DNA of 64,000 nucleotides from Guillardia theta CCMP2712 (Eukaryota; Protista; Cryptophyta). The notes beneath the pieces were generated by a model. The model saw only the letters and a program-made list of their open reading frames with translations, had not been told where the DNA came from and made no database searches. Each line of letters starts with the position of its first letter. Within the stretch, counting starts at the first letter, position 1. Position numbers and translations under genes: made by a program. The stretch covers positions 411,319 through 475,318 of the forward strand of contig NW_005434657.1 in the NCBI RefSeq assembly GCF_000315625.1. Direction: 5' to 3'. Positions 13,201-31,569 of this stretch are shown here, piece after piece.

Positions 13201-13525
13201 TCGAGATGGCCCAGAGAGGAAGTGGAGGAGCGCAGGGTAGGGACGGAGAGGAGAGAGAAGCCGATGACGAGAGATGGAAGACGATGGCTAGATTGTGTTA
13301 GGAGCGAGGGGGAGCGAGGAGGAGCGAGGAGGAGCGAGGAGGAGCGAGGAGGAGCATGTTGAGCAGTGCGTGTTTGTCCTCTGTGGCCTCCAGGAGTTTT
13401 CACTATCGTTGACCTGTTCCTTTGTTCCATCAGGAGATCATGAGGATCAAGAGCCACGACCAGGTACGGGAGACTTGTCGTCCTGGAAGAATGCTGTAGA
13501 GGAGTAAGTGTTTCTCACACAGGCT

Positions 13526-14562
13526 ATGAAGGCCATCGCCTTCATCTGTATGCTTGTTGCAATGGCAGCGTGCTTTGCTGCCATGATGCAGGTAACCCCT
13601 TGCGTTTGTTCATCAGAGAAGAATGCCGCTGATCAGAGGTACATCTTTCAGGGCTCCCATGTCGGAGAGCTTGCGCAGGTGGTTTGTACTTAGACTCGAA
13701 ACACCACCTGAAGTGATGCAGACTAAGGCAAAGTCGTCCAAGAAGGCAAAGCCTAGCTTCTATGGAGTCTCGCACGTGAAGACGTGGGGCAAGGTAAAGA
13801 CATGGAATCAACTACTTCATCATGAAATACTCGATTTACATCCTCCTCCCTTCGGTAGACTGGTTGGCTGTGTAATCCATTGTGAACAGGTTTACGAGCC
13901 AGTTCTACAGAAGCTCCCCAGAAGCGCGAGTCAGATTTCTTATCCTCTCAAGTGAGCCAATACTCTCCCACTCTATCAACAGCTTTATTTGGACACCTGG
14001 AGGCAGAGCAACTCACGGTTCCTCCAGAGGTGCCGCAGCGGAGGAGTTTGCATCCATTCACAAGGAGGCCAAGAGACTGGAGGTGCCGACGATTGATTCC
14101 AACTTGCAGCAATTGACACTGAGTGCAAAGAATGTTTATGATCCAGCGACGGACAGAAATCCTTCCAAGAATATGCCCAAGGTAGACGACGATACTTGGC
14201 CAGCAGAGCAAGACACTGACTGTTCCCAGCACACCGGTGTGCAGAAAGACGACAAGTGGTGGTCCTTCGAATCTTATCATGGATCTGCTGCTCATGTAAG
14301 GCGACGAGAGGAGAGGATTCGTTGTGGTGCTGGCGGTGCTCATGGTGATGGGGTGAAGCTGTCGTGGTGCCCCAGTGCGCGTGCGACTGAGTCATGGCGT
14401 TGATGATGTAACGATGGGATTGAGAGGGAGGATGGGGAAAGCAGAGCAGGGCAGGAGAGGAGCAGAGGAGCAGGCGAAGGGAAGCGGTTTCTTCATGACC
14501 TGATTTTTTGAAAGGGCGGAGACTCGTGGTGGCAGCACGATCACACTAATCGCGGATACTAG
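13526..14562 (+). CDS. Hypothetical secreted or membrane-anchored protein, multi-exon
   Basis: Hydrophobic N-terminus MKAIAFICMLVAMAACFAAMMQ and a chain of about 50-nt GT-AG introns. Ends GDSWWQHDHTNRGY*. Confidence 0.55.
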
Positions 14563-14739
14563 ACGTCATGGTAACTTGGGCCCTAGGCAACTTGAACTCT
14601 CTTACCCGCAGCCTACCGTTCTTACCTGCAAATCTTCCTGCAAGTTGACTTGTTATAGAGATTGTGATATTATTCTGCCGTGACTTGACTCCATAGTAGC
14701 CATCCTTTCACTTTGCAACTCGTCAAGTTCAAGCCCTTC

Positions 14740-15200
14740 AGTCCGGTGACCGACTCAGATTCCGCCTCACCATGGCAAGCTCAACTAGGGCGGCCCGGTT
14801 GAACCGGCTGGCCGCCCGGCAGTGTGACTCGTGACGGACCGTCGACGGGGGGGGGGCCGGGGGGCGCCGGCCCCGCCCCTGTCCGACGGCTGCCGCGGAG
14901 TGTACCCGGCCCGGGCCCTGGCAGCGCCCGGACCGTCCGGCGGACCCCGCCTCGTCGGCCGACGACTCAGTCACCGGGCCGCCCCGGGCTGTGCCATTGG
15001 GACTCAGCCTGACTGAGTCGGACCAGTGACTTCGGGCAGGCAGGCTATTTGTAGCGGGTTTCAAGCCCAAGGGGTGGGGTAGTTGACTCATCTGCTCAGC
15101 CACCGGTCATGATATCCACTACGACATTTATTGAGAAGCCTAGGGGTAGTGGGCAAAGAGATCGGGTCCATCAGGAAGGTGGGGTGGGGTGGGGTGAAAT
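14740..15200. promoter_or_regulatory. Palindrome module followed by a GGGTG/GGGTA tract upstream of AROM
   Basis: A gactcag/gtgactc/ccgg-rich block, then ggggtggggtag...ggggtggggtggggtg immediately 5' of the AROM ATG. Confidence 0.45.
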
Positions 15201-15300
15201 TGAGGACTACCAAGTTTGACATGATTTGTCTTTTTGGCTTACATTTGAAAAATAATAGGTCAATTTCAGAGCGCACTTCCAATCTCATTGCCACGCGGCA

Positions 15301-22047
<6,747 letters not shown>

Positions 22048-22253
22048 GGGGAGGAGGAGGAGGAGGAGGAGGAGGAGGAGGATTGAGTGAAATGACATTG
22101 AGAACAACTGGAATTGATTGAAAATGGATGAAAATTCTTGTGTGAACATCGAGGGGTCATCTTTTCATCGTAACTTCTATCTTTTCATTCAACAATGCTG
22201 TACAACGCTGCTGTGGAACAACGCTGCTGTGGAGGGAGCTTGAAGATGGCAGT

Positions 22254-22377
22254 TTACCTCTCAACACTCCTCATGCTCGTCGTCTGAATGTTTTTGCGTC
22301 GTCGTCGGTCGTCATCATCATCATCATCATCGTCGTCATCATCATCATCATCATCGTTGTTGTCGTTGTCGTTGTCC

Positions 22378-22476
<99 letters not shown>

Positions 22477-22706
22477 ACGTCATCATCATCATCTTGCAAA
22501 CAACATCGTCAAAGTCGACATCATCATCACACTCATCATGTCTGGCAACAAATTTCGCCCCGCAGCTATCAGCACGACTTTGCCGTCAACGTAGCCGATC
22601 TGACCATCGTCGACCAGCCCCCAACACTTGATCATGTTCTTGCCCGTCTCGTCGTCCTGTTCAGTTGTCAGGACAAAAAGGAAGAAAGGCAAAGAAGGAG
22701 GGCAGG

Positions 22707-22742
<36 letters not shown>

Positions 22743-25567
22743 AGCAGTAGGAGCAGGAGGAGCAGTAGGAGCAGGAGCAGGAGGAGCAGTAGGAGGAGCA
22801 GGAGCAGGAGCAGAAGCAGGGGCAGGAGCAGGTGATGAGAACCAAAAAGAGCATAATCAACGAAATGAGGTGGGAATAGGTCGAAGAGGAGGAGGAAACG
22901 ATGGGTGAGGAGGAAGAAAAAGAGGATGGTGGAGGAGAAGGACAGCAAATGGAGGAAGAGCAGCAGCAACAGCATGAAAACGTGGGATTCCAAAGAGCGG
23001 GGAGGAGCGGGGAGAACAGTTTCTCCATGTCTCACCCTAGAGATGGCGCAGGTATGGTATCCTCCCGCTGACATCAGACTCCATTGCAAGTTCTCGCAGA
23101 TCGCCGTTCGCTTCCAGGCCGAGCAAGTTTCAGTTCCGATCTTACCACATGGACGGAAGGGAACATTATCCTGTCTCTCTTCGTCACATTCGCCTCGTTC
23201 ACCTCCGCCACCTCTCCGTCCTCCCTCTTTCCCCTTCGCCTTTTCTAGTTCCTGCTCCTTCTCCTTCACCACCTCCTCCCCCTCCCCCTCCCCCTCCCCC
23301 TCCCCCTCCCCCTCCTTCCCCCAACTCGAAGGCCCATAACCCCCTTCTTCCACCTCACTCCATCCTTCCTTCTTCCCTCCTTCCGCCTCTCCCCCCGTCA
23401 GCTCTCAGCACTTGCCTGGTCGTACGCGTAGTCACCCCAGCACAAGGCGTTCTTCCCAGGAGACGTCGAGGCCCCGCAGATCCGCTCGGCAGGATCGCGG
23501 AGGAAGATGCCGCACGCGTGATGGTACCCGACGGAAAAGGACAGCCAGTGGTAAGGTCTCGTCCTCATGCACTTGCCGTTGCTGCAGTTGATCATGGCGA
23601 ACGTCGTCGGGTCGTAGGAGCCGTCCAGCTGCTCAGCCGTCGCATTCCCGAGGATGGGAACCTGTTCTTGCCGCTGGGGAACAGTGGCCTGCCCTCGTAC
23701 GTTGGCTCCCCTGCTGGAACTATCACCTGCTCCGTCCTCTCCCTGATTTCGAATCTCTTCCTTGCATATCGCCACCCTGCTCGCACCCAGCCTTGCTTCC
23801 TTGCTGTTTCTTCCCTCCCTCCCTCCCTCCCTCCCTCCCTCCCTCCCTCCCTCCCTCCCTCCCCTTCCCCAATCTCTCCTTCTCGCACAAGCAATACTTG
23901 CCAGCATTCCACTCTCGCCGAGACGTCCATGGCACATGTCACCGCTCCCCCGCAATCAACACTCACCCATGTACGACCTGACGATGTCACGACGAAAATC
24001 AGCATCACTACCATTCTTCACCTCCTCCCTTTCCATCCCTTTTCCTCCCCCTCCTCCCGTCACAACCCCATACCCGCAATCCACTCTCCCTCCTTGCCTC
24101 CTCTTCTCTCCTCTTCTCTCCCCTTCTCTCCTCTTCTCTTCTCTTCATTCTCTTCCTCCTCTCCTTTCACTCACTGATCAATGCATTCGGCACTTTGGTT
24201 CTGTCGTGGCCATCAAGACCCCAGCAAGTCAACTTCCCTTTCCCGTCCACCGCACAAGAATGCTCAGTAGCGCTGCAGACACTCACGTAACCGCTTCCTG
24301 CTGGCGCCTGCAGGCTCACCCGTCAACTGCTTCACGCTGATCTAGCTCTTCTCTCCTCCATCTTCATCTTCTTCTTCGTTTCCTCCTCCTCCTCCTCCTC
24401 TACCTCATCCTCCTTCTCTTCTACCTCCTCCTCCTCCTCCTCCTCCTCTACTCGACTCCTCCTCCTCCTGCCCCACCTCCTCCTCCTTCTCTTCCTCCTC
24501 CTCCTCATCCTCCTCCTCACCTGCGTCTTCCCGTTCTTGTTCTCTCCCCAGCATCGCAGCGACTTGTCGGGCAGAGCGATGCCGCACGCATGCTTTTTCC
24601 AGCTTCACACATGTCAGTGCAGACACGAGACAGCAACGAGCACAACCAGCCACGTCCTGCCAAGTCCCATCCAGCAACCCCGGAGCCTCTCCGTGCCTTG
24701 ACGCACGCGAACGCGAGTGTGAGGGAAGGAGGAGCACGAGAGCTGGTACCTGTTGTCTCCCCAGCAGTACAGCCTGCTACTAAGAAGAATCCCGCAAGTG
24801 AACTTCCATCCGCTCGAGATCTTGGACTGCAGCACCAGTCAGGAAGCTTGCTTCCTCTGCCTGTGCTCTATCACCCATCCTGTTGCGACAGGAGGTTGCT
24901 TCTGCCCCTCTGCTCCTCGGCCGAAGCAGAGGACAGGGAGCTCGCTGTGAGGAGGAGAGTCAACGTGCCCCTCATGACTTCTCCCCCTCCTCTCTCACTT
25001 GGTGCGACGGATAGCGCAAGTGTGTAGCCCCCCGCAGCTCACGGTTTGCCAATCCCTCTCATCTGCGATCGTCCTTTCCTGCATCTGCTGCATCAGGGAT
25101 GAGACAAAGGCAAGCTCCTTGCCTGGATGAGAAACCCCAGGCAAGATGCTGAGTTTGTGACGGCAGGACAATCCTCTGCGATTCCTCTCACTCAACGCCA
25201 AGGCAGCCAGCACAGGGGTCACCCGTTGCAGCAGAAGCTGCGGTTGTCTGCAGCAACCGACGGTCATGGAGGCTCCTTGCGCTGTGAGAGGAAAGCCAAG
25301 GGCTCCATCCGACGAGGTCATGCGTCACTGAGAGATGAAAGAGCAAGAGGAAGAGGAAGATCTGCGCAGCTCGGGTTGGATCAGACCTTTTCATCGCGCC
25401 CTGCAGCTGCTCCCCCCCACCCGGCGTCTCCCTCTCGTCTCCCTCTCAATCTCCAGAAGTTCTCCTCGTTCCCGCTCTTGCCCCTCCTCCTTCCTCCTTC
25501 CTCCTTCCTCCTCCCTCCTCCTCCTCCTCCTCCTCCTCACCTGCATTCTACCGCCCCCGCCCATCAT
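22254..25567 (-). CDS. RCC1/BLIP-II-type beta-propeller repeat protein, multi-exon
   Basis: Repeats WQTVSCGGLHTCAI, ISSGWKFTCGI..LYCWGDN, VSVDCGGAVTCA, FSVGYHHACGI..LCWGD, MSAGGYHTCAI and IKCWG. Both ends are approximate. Confidence 0.75.
22305..22495. repeat. (CAT)n/(ATG)n microsatellite, probably intronic
   Basis: Long tcatcatca run. Confidence 0.9.
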
Positions 25568-25649
25568 CGTCTGAGCTCACTGATCTGATCAACCACCTTG
25601 CAGGCCATTTGCTCTTGCCCCTCATACCGCATCACGTCGGGATCATCGG

Positions 25650-25950
25650 CATGACTGAGTGCCCGGAGTCCGGGGCCGCCGGGCCGGGCCCGTGGCCCGG
25701 CCCTGGCGGCCCGAGAGTGGCAGTGACTCAGTGGCCCCATTGGATCACCAACTTGGGCCTGATTGCCTAAATTTTCAAGCAGGCACCCTAAAAATATATA
25801 TAGCACGAGACCGTCAGAAATCAATTTTCTTCAGTACTTGATTCAATTTTAGTCATCATGCCTGGCGCACTACGAAATCTTCTACGGTGAAATTCGCGTT
25901 ATCCAAACATTGTCCTCGTACTGATTTTTAAGTTAACTTTGAATAAAAAC
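25650..25950. promoter_or_regulatory. Palindrome module plus the conserved ~28-bp motif (minus-strand copy at 25921-25948)
   Basis: gactgagtgcccggagtccggggccgccgggccgggccc. The sequence ctgatttttaagttaactttgaataaaa is the reverse complement of the shared motif. Confidence 0.45.
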
Positions 25951-26452
25951 CAACTCGTTGCTCGCGTTGGGCAACACTGAAACTCAGCAGTCACGTGACT
26001 TGTTGCTGCTTGCGCGCCAGACGGCCCAGTAGCATTCAATACGGGGAGCACATGAAACTTAGCGGCCGTGACTTCACAGATTCTCATCATTCAACATAAT
26101 CCAGAAAGAGGATAACAGCCTGGCAGACGAGTCATACCAAAATGGCACGCTATTTGTAGACATCACTGTAGCGATCTGTTACCGGGCACGGTATCTGTCA
26201 CTTTGAAATTTCATTTAAAAGATATTAATTAAGACAGAGGCTATATTTCACACTCATCAATCATAGATTAGTCGTTGAATAGAGAAGCTGGACTGTGACA
26301 TGCGTTTCAACAACCGTCTCCAGAGGCCTTCAACTTAGATCCAACATTTTCGGTAGGTTGTCACAGATACTGGGCCGTGACGTCCCTGAAGTTAGTCTTG
26401 CCACGTGCTTACATGCGTCATGCATCGCCTGCCGTGTGTCGCTGCCCTTGAT

Positions 26453-27139
26453 TCAAATCTCAACATCAATTTCATCCGATTCGTCGGCAGTCAGAAACCA
26501 CTCGATCCACTTCTGGTCCACGATCTGCTCAGAGATGTCCTCAGCATTTGCGTCTCCACCATCACTTTCCACTTGCACGCAATCGGACGAAATGTCGGAT
26601 TCAGACATGGCATCGTCTTGGTTGTCCGCAACGGGAGCAGGTTCTGATGGTTTTGTCGAAGATGATCCGGAGGTCTTAATGTTGCTCAACAGACATTCTT
26701 CCGCCGTTCTGAACTTGGTGCGAGGTTTGGGCTGTGGTGCCGCTTCCGATTCTTCTTTGGCTTTTGATCTGGTGTATGGCCAACGATTTAAGCCCAGCCG
26801 ACGGCAGGCTGTCTTGAGGCTTGTCAGTGAGATGCCCTAAGAAGGAGAGTGTAAGCTTTAACAGTAAGTGAGGATTCAAAGAGATCCAACTCACCAGTTC
26901 TTTGCAGCGTCTTCTTGACGGAGGTGATAGAGTCGCCCCAGCATGATCAAGTTGAGATCAACCTTGCCATTGCTTGGTTCTTTCCGGCCTTGGCCCTGGC
27001 CCTCACGACCACGTTTGATTGCATGTCTAGTTGAACGTTTACTGATTCGTGGCGTCAAAGTCGTTGCAGAAGTCTCCGAATCAAGCTTCGTCCTTAGGAT
27101 TTCCTTGTGCTTGGGGCCGATGGCACAATGATGTCGCAA
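26453..27139 (-). pseudogene. Divergent RWP-RK transcription factor with an apparent 1-nt frameshift at the end of exon 1
   Basis: Exon 1 ends LYHLRQEDAAK. Exon 2 reads GISLTSLKTACRRLGLNRWPYTR...WIEWFL. The donor falls in phase 2 but the acceptor needs phase 0. Confidence 0.65.
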
Positions 27140-27379
27140 CTTGCCAAGTTGGTCAGACGCTTGGGGAAAGTATCAGTCTCCTTGATGGAGAATTCCGGGA
27201 TTATGCTCAGTATATCGTGAGAATGAGGGGAGGAGTTCACAGCAAGATGGTGCAATAGACAGAAGCAGGAGGGAAGGAGGGAGGACCAGCTGCGATGAGG
27301 GCGAGCTTGCTTTACTTGCGTGTGAGCTGCAGGGAGAGCAGTGGCACGCGGAACCTTGCTAGCCCCGTCCCTAGTTGAA

Positions 27380-27900
27380 ATCTGGTCCCTACCCACCCCT
27401 TCGTGCGCCTCTCTTCTCCTTACCCCACCCCTCTATTTGCACCAGCGTGCGCTAGAAAAATCGGTGCGCCTGGTATAAAAGAGAACTTACCGCATTGACT
27501 ACCCCACCCATGGATTTTCCGGGTAAAAAAATCGGACGAAAATGGACCTAGACCCCTCCTGATTTACTTTCGCAATGTACCCCTACCCCCCCTTTTCCCG
27601 AGTCGTTATTGGTCAATTAGAACCTTATCCAGAAATCCCGACCCGACCCCCACCCCACCGCCCTCCATCAGAATTACAAAAGTACCCCTACCCCCCTCCC
27701 TCTCACTTCCAGATTCAACTTTATATACATAGTTCAGTCTACCCACCCGTTCCCAACAGGTCAAGTTAACACTTGACGAACTGATACACCCTACCCTACA
27801 ATATCACCGAGACCCACCCCTCACGCCCCATCTTCTATCTGCCCGTCTACTGATTGATATTGGTACCCCACCCCCACACTTCAGCTCGCCCCAGCCTGTC
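27380..27900. repeat. TACCC/CACCC-rich tract
   Basis: ccctacccaccc, taccccaccc and gtacccctacccccc recur on the + strand. Confidence 0.55.
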
Positions 27901-30499
27901 AGCTGCAAATCGCTAAAACACTTATAGTCGGAGCTCCGGTTTTTTCTTTGTAAAACCGTGATGTCGAAGAAGAGGGTGCAAGGTGGTTTTGACCGTGAGG
28001 AAATTTAAGGAGACGCAAGCGGTGACGAGAAGAAGGTGCAAGGTTTTAAAGATATGCAGGTTAGAACTGATACACGAGATAGCAACAGAGAACACACATG
28101 GTATCTTCTCTCATGTTAATGATGGTCCTGTCTCTCATCAGTGTTCCTAAAATAATTTGAATAAAAAACCTGTTTGCTAGAAGCATTCCCTAACAAACGG
28201 TGACAGCAATAACCAAGCTCATCTATGTTTCTCACTGACATGCTCTCTGAGAAAAGGTAGATCGGGGTTCGCAAAGTCACAAGCGAGGTAGAGAGAAATC
28301 CTGCGTCATGGCTGGTTGGAAGACAGGCAGGCAATTAGTTGAATGCACACACGGCTGTAATTGTATGTGCAGTATCAACAGGAATGCAGGCATTCGGACG
28401 AGTGACGAACCAAAAAGTAAGAAGTGTGAAATTCATGCTGTTGCCTGATTAGACGGAAAGACGGCGAAAAGTTGGAAGTTGTAACAGGGTGCGTGAACAC
28501 TTTCGCAAGAAGGGGAGGTGAAAGGTGTCATCAAGCATACGCAGATATTCAAGATTGTCGAGCAAGGGGGAAGGAAGCATTCAGCCATTGTAGCACACAC
28601 GGTCATTACACCCGGAGGCAGATGAAGGCAATAGGCTAGCAAGCAGGTCAGGCAGAGACTGAAGTCGTGTTCAGACGCAGACCCAGAGGTCTGTTTAATT
28701 GAATGCTATCACTGTTGTTTGTGAGGTATTCTGTAATTCATTTCACCATAATTTGAGAGTGAGATTTTCGAAGCAATTAGAACTTTTGCTGCAATGCCAA
28801 TTTCTGAGATTCAAAATATGAATCGTTACACAGCAAAACAAGAAAAAAGCAGATGGCACTTCGATGAAGCAAAGAACTTCCTACATCCGGGGTGAACGGA
28901 AAAGGCACACCGTTCGGAATGATGTGTGTACAACAACGTTGTCACATACGACGACACAACAGGAGGGCATCCAAAGCTGTGACAGACAGAAGGACCCTGC
29001 CTCAAGTAGACTACATCAGATGCCATGTACGCAAAAAGCTCGTAAGAAGAAGAGAGCGCAAGAAGAAGAGAGGGAGATGAGGAAGAATCAAGTCAACTAC
29101 AGAGGGAGCAGGTCGACATTACTGCTGTCAAGCAGCAAACAGGATATTGCAGTGCATTGACAACCATTTCTTACAACAACTGTGAAGTGATCAAACAGAT
29201 TCAGGACATAGAAAGGGTGATCTGATCAAGCAGATTCAGGCATGGCAGGCTCTGACCGGGCTCTTGGACTCCTACTAGCCTACCAGGCTCCTGACCTTTC
29301 AGACCCTGCCAGCTGATGTCACGGATCACAGCGGATCACGCCGTGACCAGCCTACATGCTGACTGACCATGTGAGCTGCTGACTGACAGTCATGCGGAAT
29401 TTTGTCATGGCAACAGTCGTAACTAGTTTGAGATACTGGGGTGCCTTGAGTAGGGGTAAAACGGGGGGCAATGCGGGGGTTAATTAAAGGGAGGCAGGGG
29501 CAAGATCGCAGGAGTAAACTCAAAATTGACTTATAAACTTTATTACGTCAGGGCAGGGGGGGGGTAGGGGTGGGTGGGCCTATCTAGGGATAAAAAAACT
29601 TCGGCTCGGTCCGCAGTACCAAATGCTCAAACGGTTTCCGTCAGCCTGAGGCATCTTGAGGAGGGGTGGGCTGGTCCTATGGATGGGGGGTCCATGGGTA
29701 GTCCGACGTCACGACCCTGATGAGCCTGGTGTGGGAGCTTCACCGCAGCGGCGAGCGCTTACACAGATCATACTCAGCGTCCTCAGTCGCAGACCTCTGA
29801 GCTAGCGCACGGATAACTCCTCCCGTCCATCATGGCACGACGTGAGTCATGTTCATATGTGCTCAGATCAAAAATGGTTGAGGCGGTATGCATGGCGCCA
29901 TTTGCATACGTGTGTGAACAGCAGCGTCATGGAAGATGTTTGGACGCTTCGATCTCATCTCAGGATGTTCCTCTCATAGCACCAACCCTGCCGATGTTGG
30001 GGGCAAAGAGTTTACAGTCAGCGCGATCATGTTCAACTCATTCGTTTCCTCATTGCAATGATGGGATTACAGATGTTTTCGTGTGGTGGGAGACGACAGA
30101 GAGCTTCTCAGTACGATCGGAAGTCAAACACACATCACATCGTTGCTCCTGAAGTTGGATGCGCAATCAAACTTTGCAAGGGGATCGAGAGAAAGGGAGT
30201 ACAACGGTATGCTGTCTTCGATTGAAGTCACAGTGACCCAGTCCTCGCCCCCAGATTCGCTCAGTCAAGTCAGTTTGGATACATGTCGATATAGTGCCAT
30301 GATGAGTAAAGTGTGCAGTAGTGTGTACATGATACACAGCAACATGGCGGAATGAGGTCGCGATATCGGACTCGAAACCCCTCCAGTAGGAGATACTAGA
30401 GTTAGGCTAGCAACAAGGAACGGTGCAACTTTGGTAAAGTGTCACAGTAGTCAATTGGACGGAGCTGTGCTGTATCCGCTCACGTAGATCTATCACACC

Positions 30500-31080
30500 C
30501 TAGCACTGCGATACCGTACGGTCACCGGGTCACTCAGCTCGTGATAAGCCTGCAGGTGGCGCCCGGCGCCGGACGGTTCAAAGGCGCCGCGGTGACTCAG
30601 CCGGAGCCTGTACGAGTTTGTTGGCTGCAACAAAACAGGTTTCCGAGGCAAGTGCTCAAGTCCGACGGCCCACGGTACAGGAAAGCACTGCAGGATTGAG
30701 GAGCACATGAGAGACAGACCGTCGGACTGCCACGGTACTACCGTATGGGCGGCTAGGCTCGAATTCAAGTTGAAACCCACTGCCAGCATCCAGACCCAAG
30801 ACCGTACGGAGTACGGCACACTGACGGAGACGACTCGTGACCGTGACAGTGACACAGTAAGGGCCGAGCCTTCACTGATAACCGGGCTCGGCGAACTTGG
30901 CATCTCCATGCCAGGCTACATTGGCTGCCGGAGTGTCCGACGGTCTTTACTCAAAGTTACGGTTAAGTCCAAAATCAGCCGCAGTGCACCGCCGGGGCCG
31001 CCGGGGACTCGGGAGTCCGGCCGACTCCCGGCGGGCCGGGCCGGGCACTCCGAATGGCAGGCCACATACCGTACCGCTTC
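30500..31080. promoter_or_regulatory. Palindrome module containing the shared motif TCTTTACTCAAAGTTA (30944-30959)
   Basis: ccgtacggtcaccgggtcactcag, gtgactcag, ccggccgactcccggcgggccgggccggg. Lies upstream of the O-FucT-like gene. Confidence 0.45.
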
Positions 31081-31147
31081 TTTTTCAGTCAATAAAGGGA
31101 AAAGCTTTTTGAGTCTTTCGGCAAAGTGGAACAAGTTGCCAACGAGC

Positions 31148-31472
31148 AGGGGAGGTAGAGAGGAAGGAGGAGGTAGAGAGGAAGGAGGTGGTAGAGGAAA
31201 GAGGAGGAGGTAGAGGAAAGAGGAGGAGGTAGAGGAAGGAGGAGGAGGTAGAGGAAAGAGGAGGAGGTAGAGGAAGGAGGTAGAGGTAGAGGAAGGAGGA
31301 GGAGGTAGAGGAAGGAGGAGGAGGTAGAGGAAGGAGGAGGTAGAGGAAGGAGGAGGAGGTAGAGGAAGGAGGAGGAGGTAGAGGAAGGAGGAGGAGGTAG
31401 AGGAAGGAGGAGGAGGTAGAGGAAGGAGGAGGTAGAGGAAGGAGGAGGAGGTAGAGGAAGGAGGAGGAGGTA
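31148..31472. repeat. Polypurine minisatellite, unit about 16-19 bp (GTAGAGGAAGGAGGAGGAG)
   Basis: Directly visible tandem array. Confidence 0.9.
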
Positions 31473-31569
31473 GGTTTGACGTCCAGAGAGCTGCGCAGGA
31501 AACCGGGAATGCTGACACATCCATGGGAGGAGAAATCAATGGAACTATCGTCGTGACTGCTGCTCAAAG

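Noticed and set aside
22254-22908. Poly-D/M/S ORFs, and similar poly-I/L/E ORFs elsewhere
   Set aside because: Translations of intronic microsatellites.
29730-30490. Short ORFs 29832-30355
   Set aside because: No motif or consistent splice pattern.
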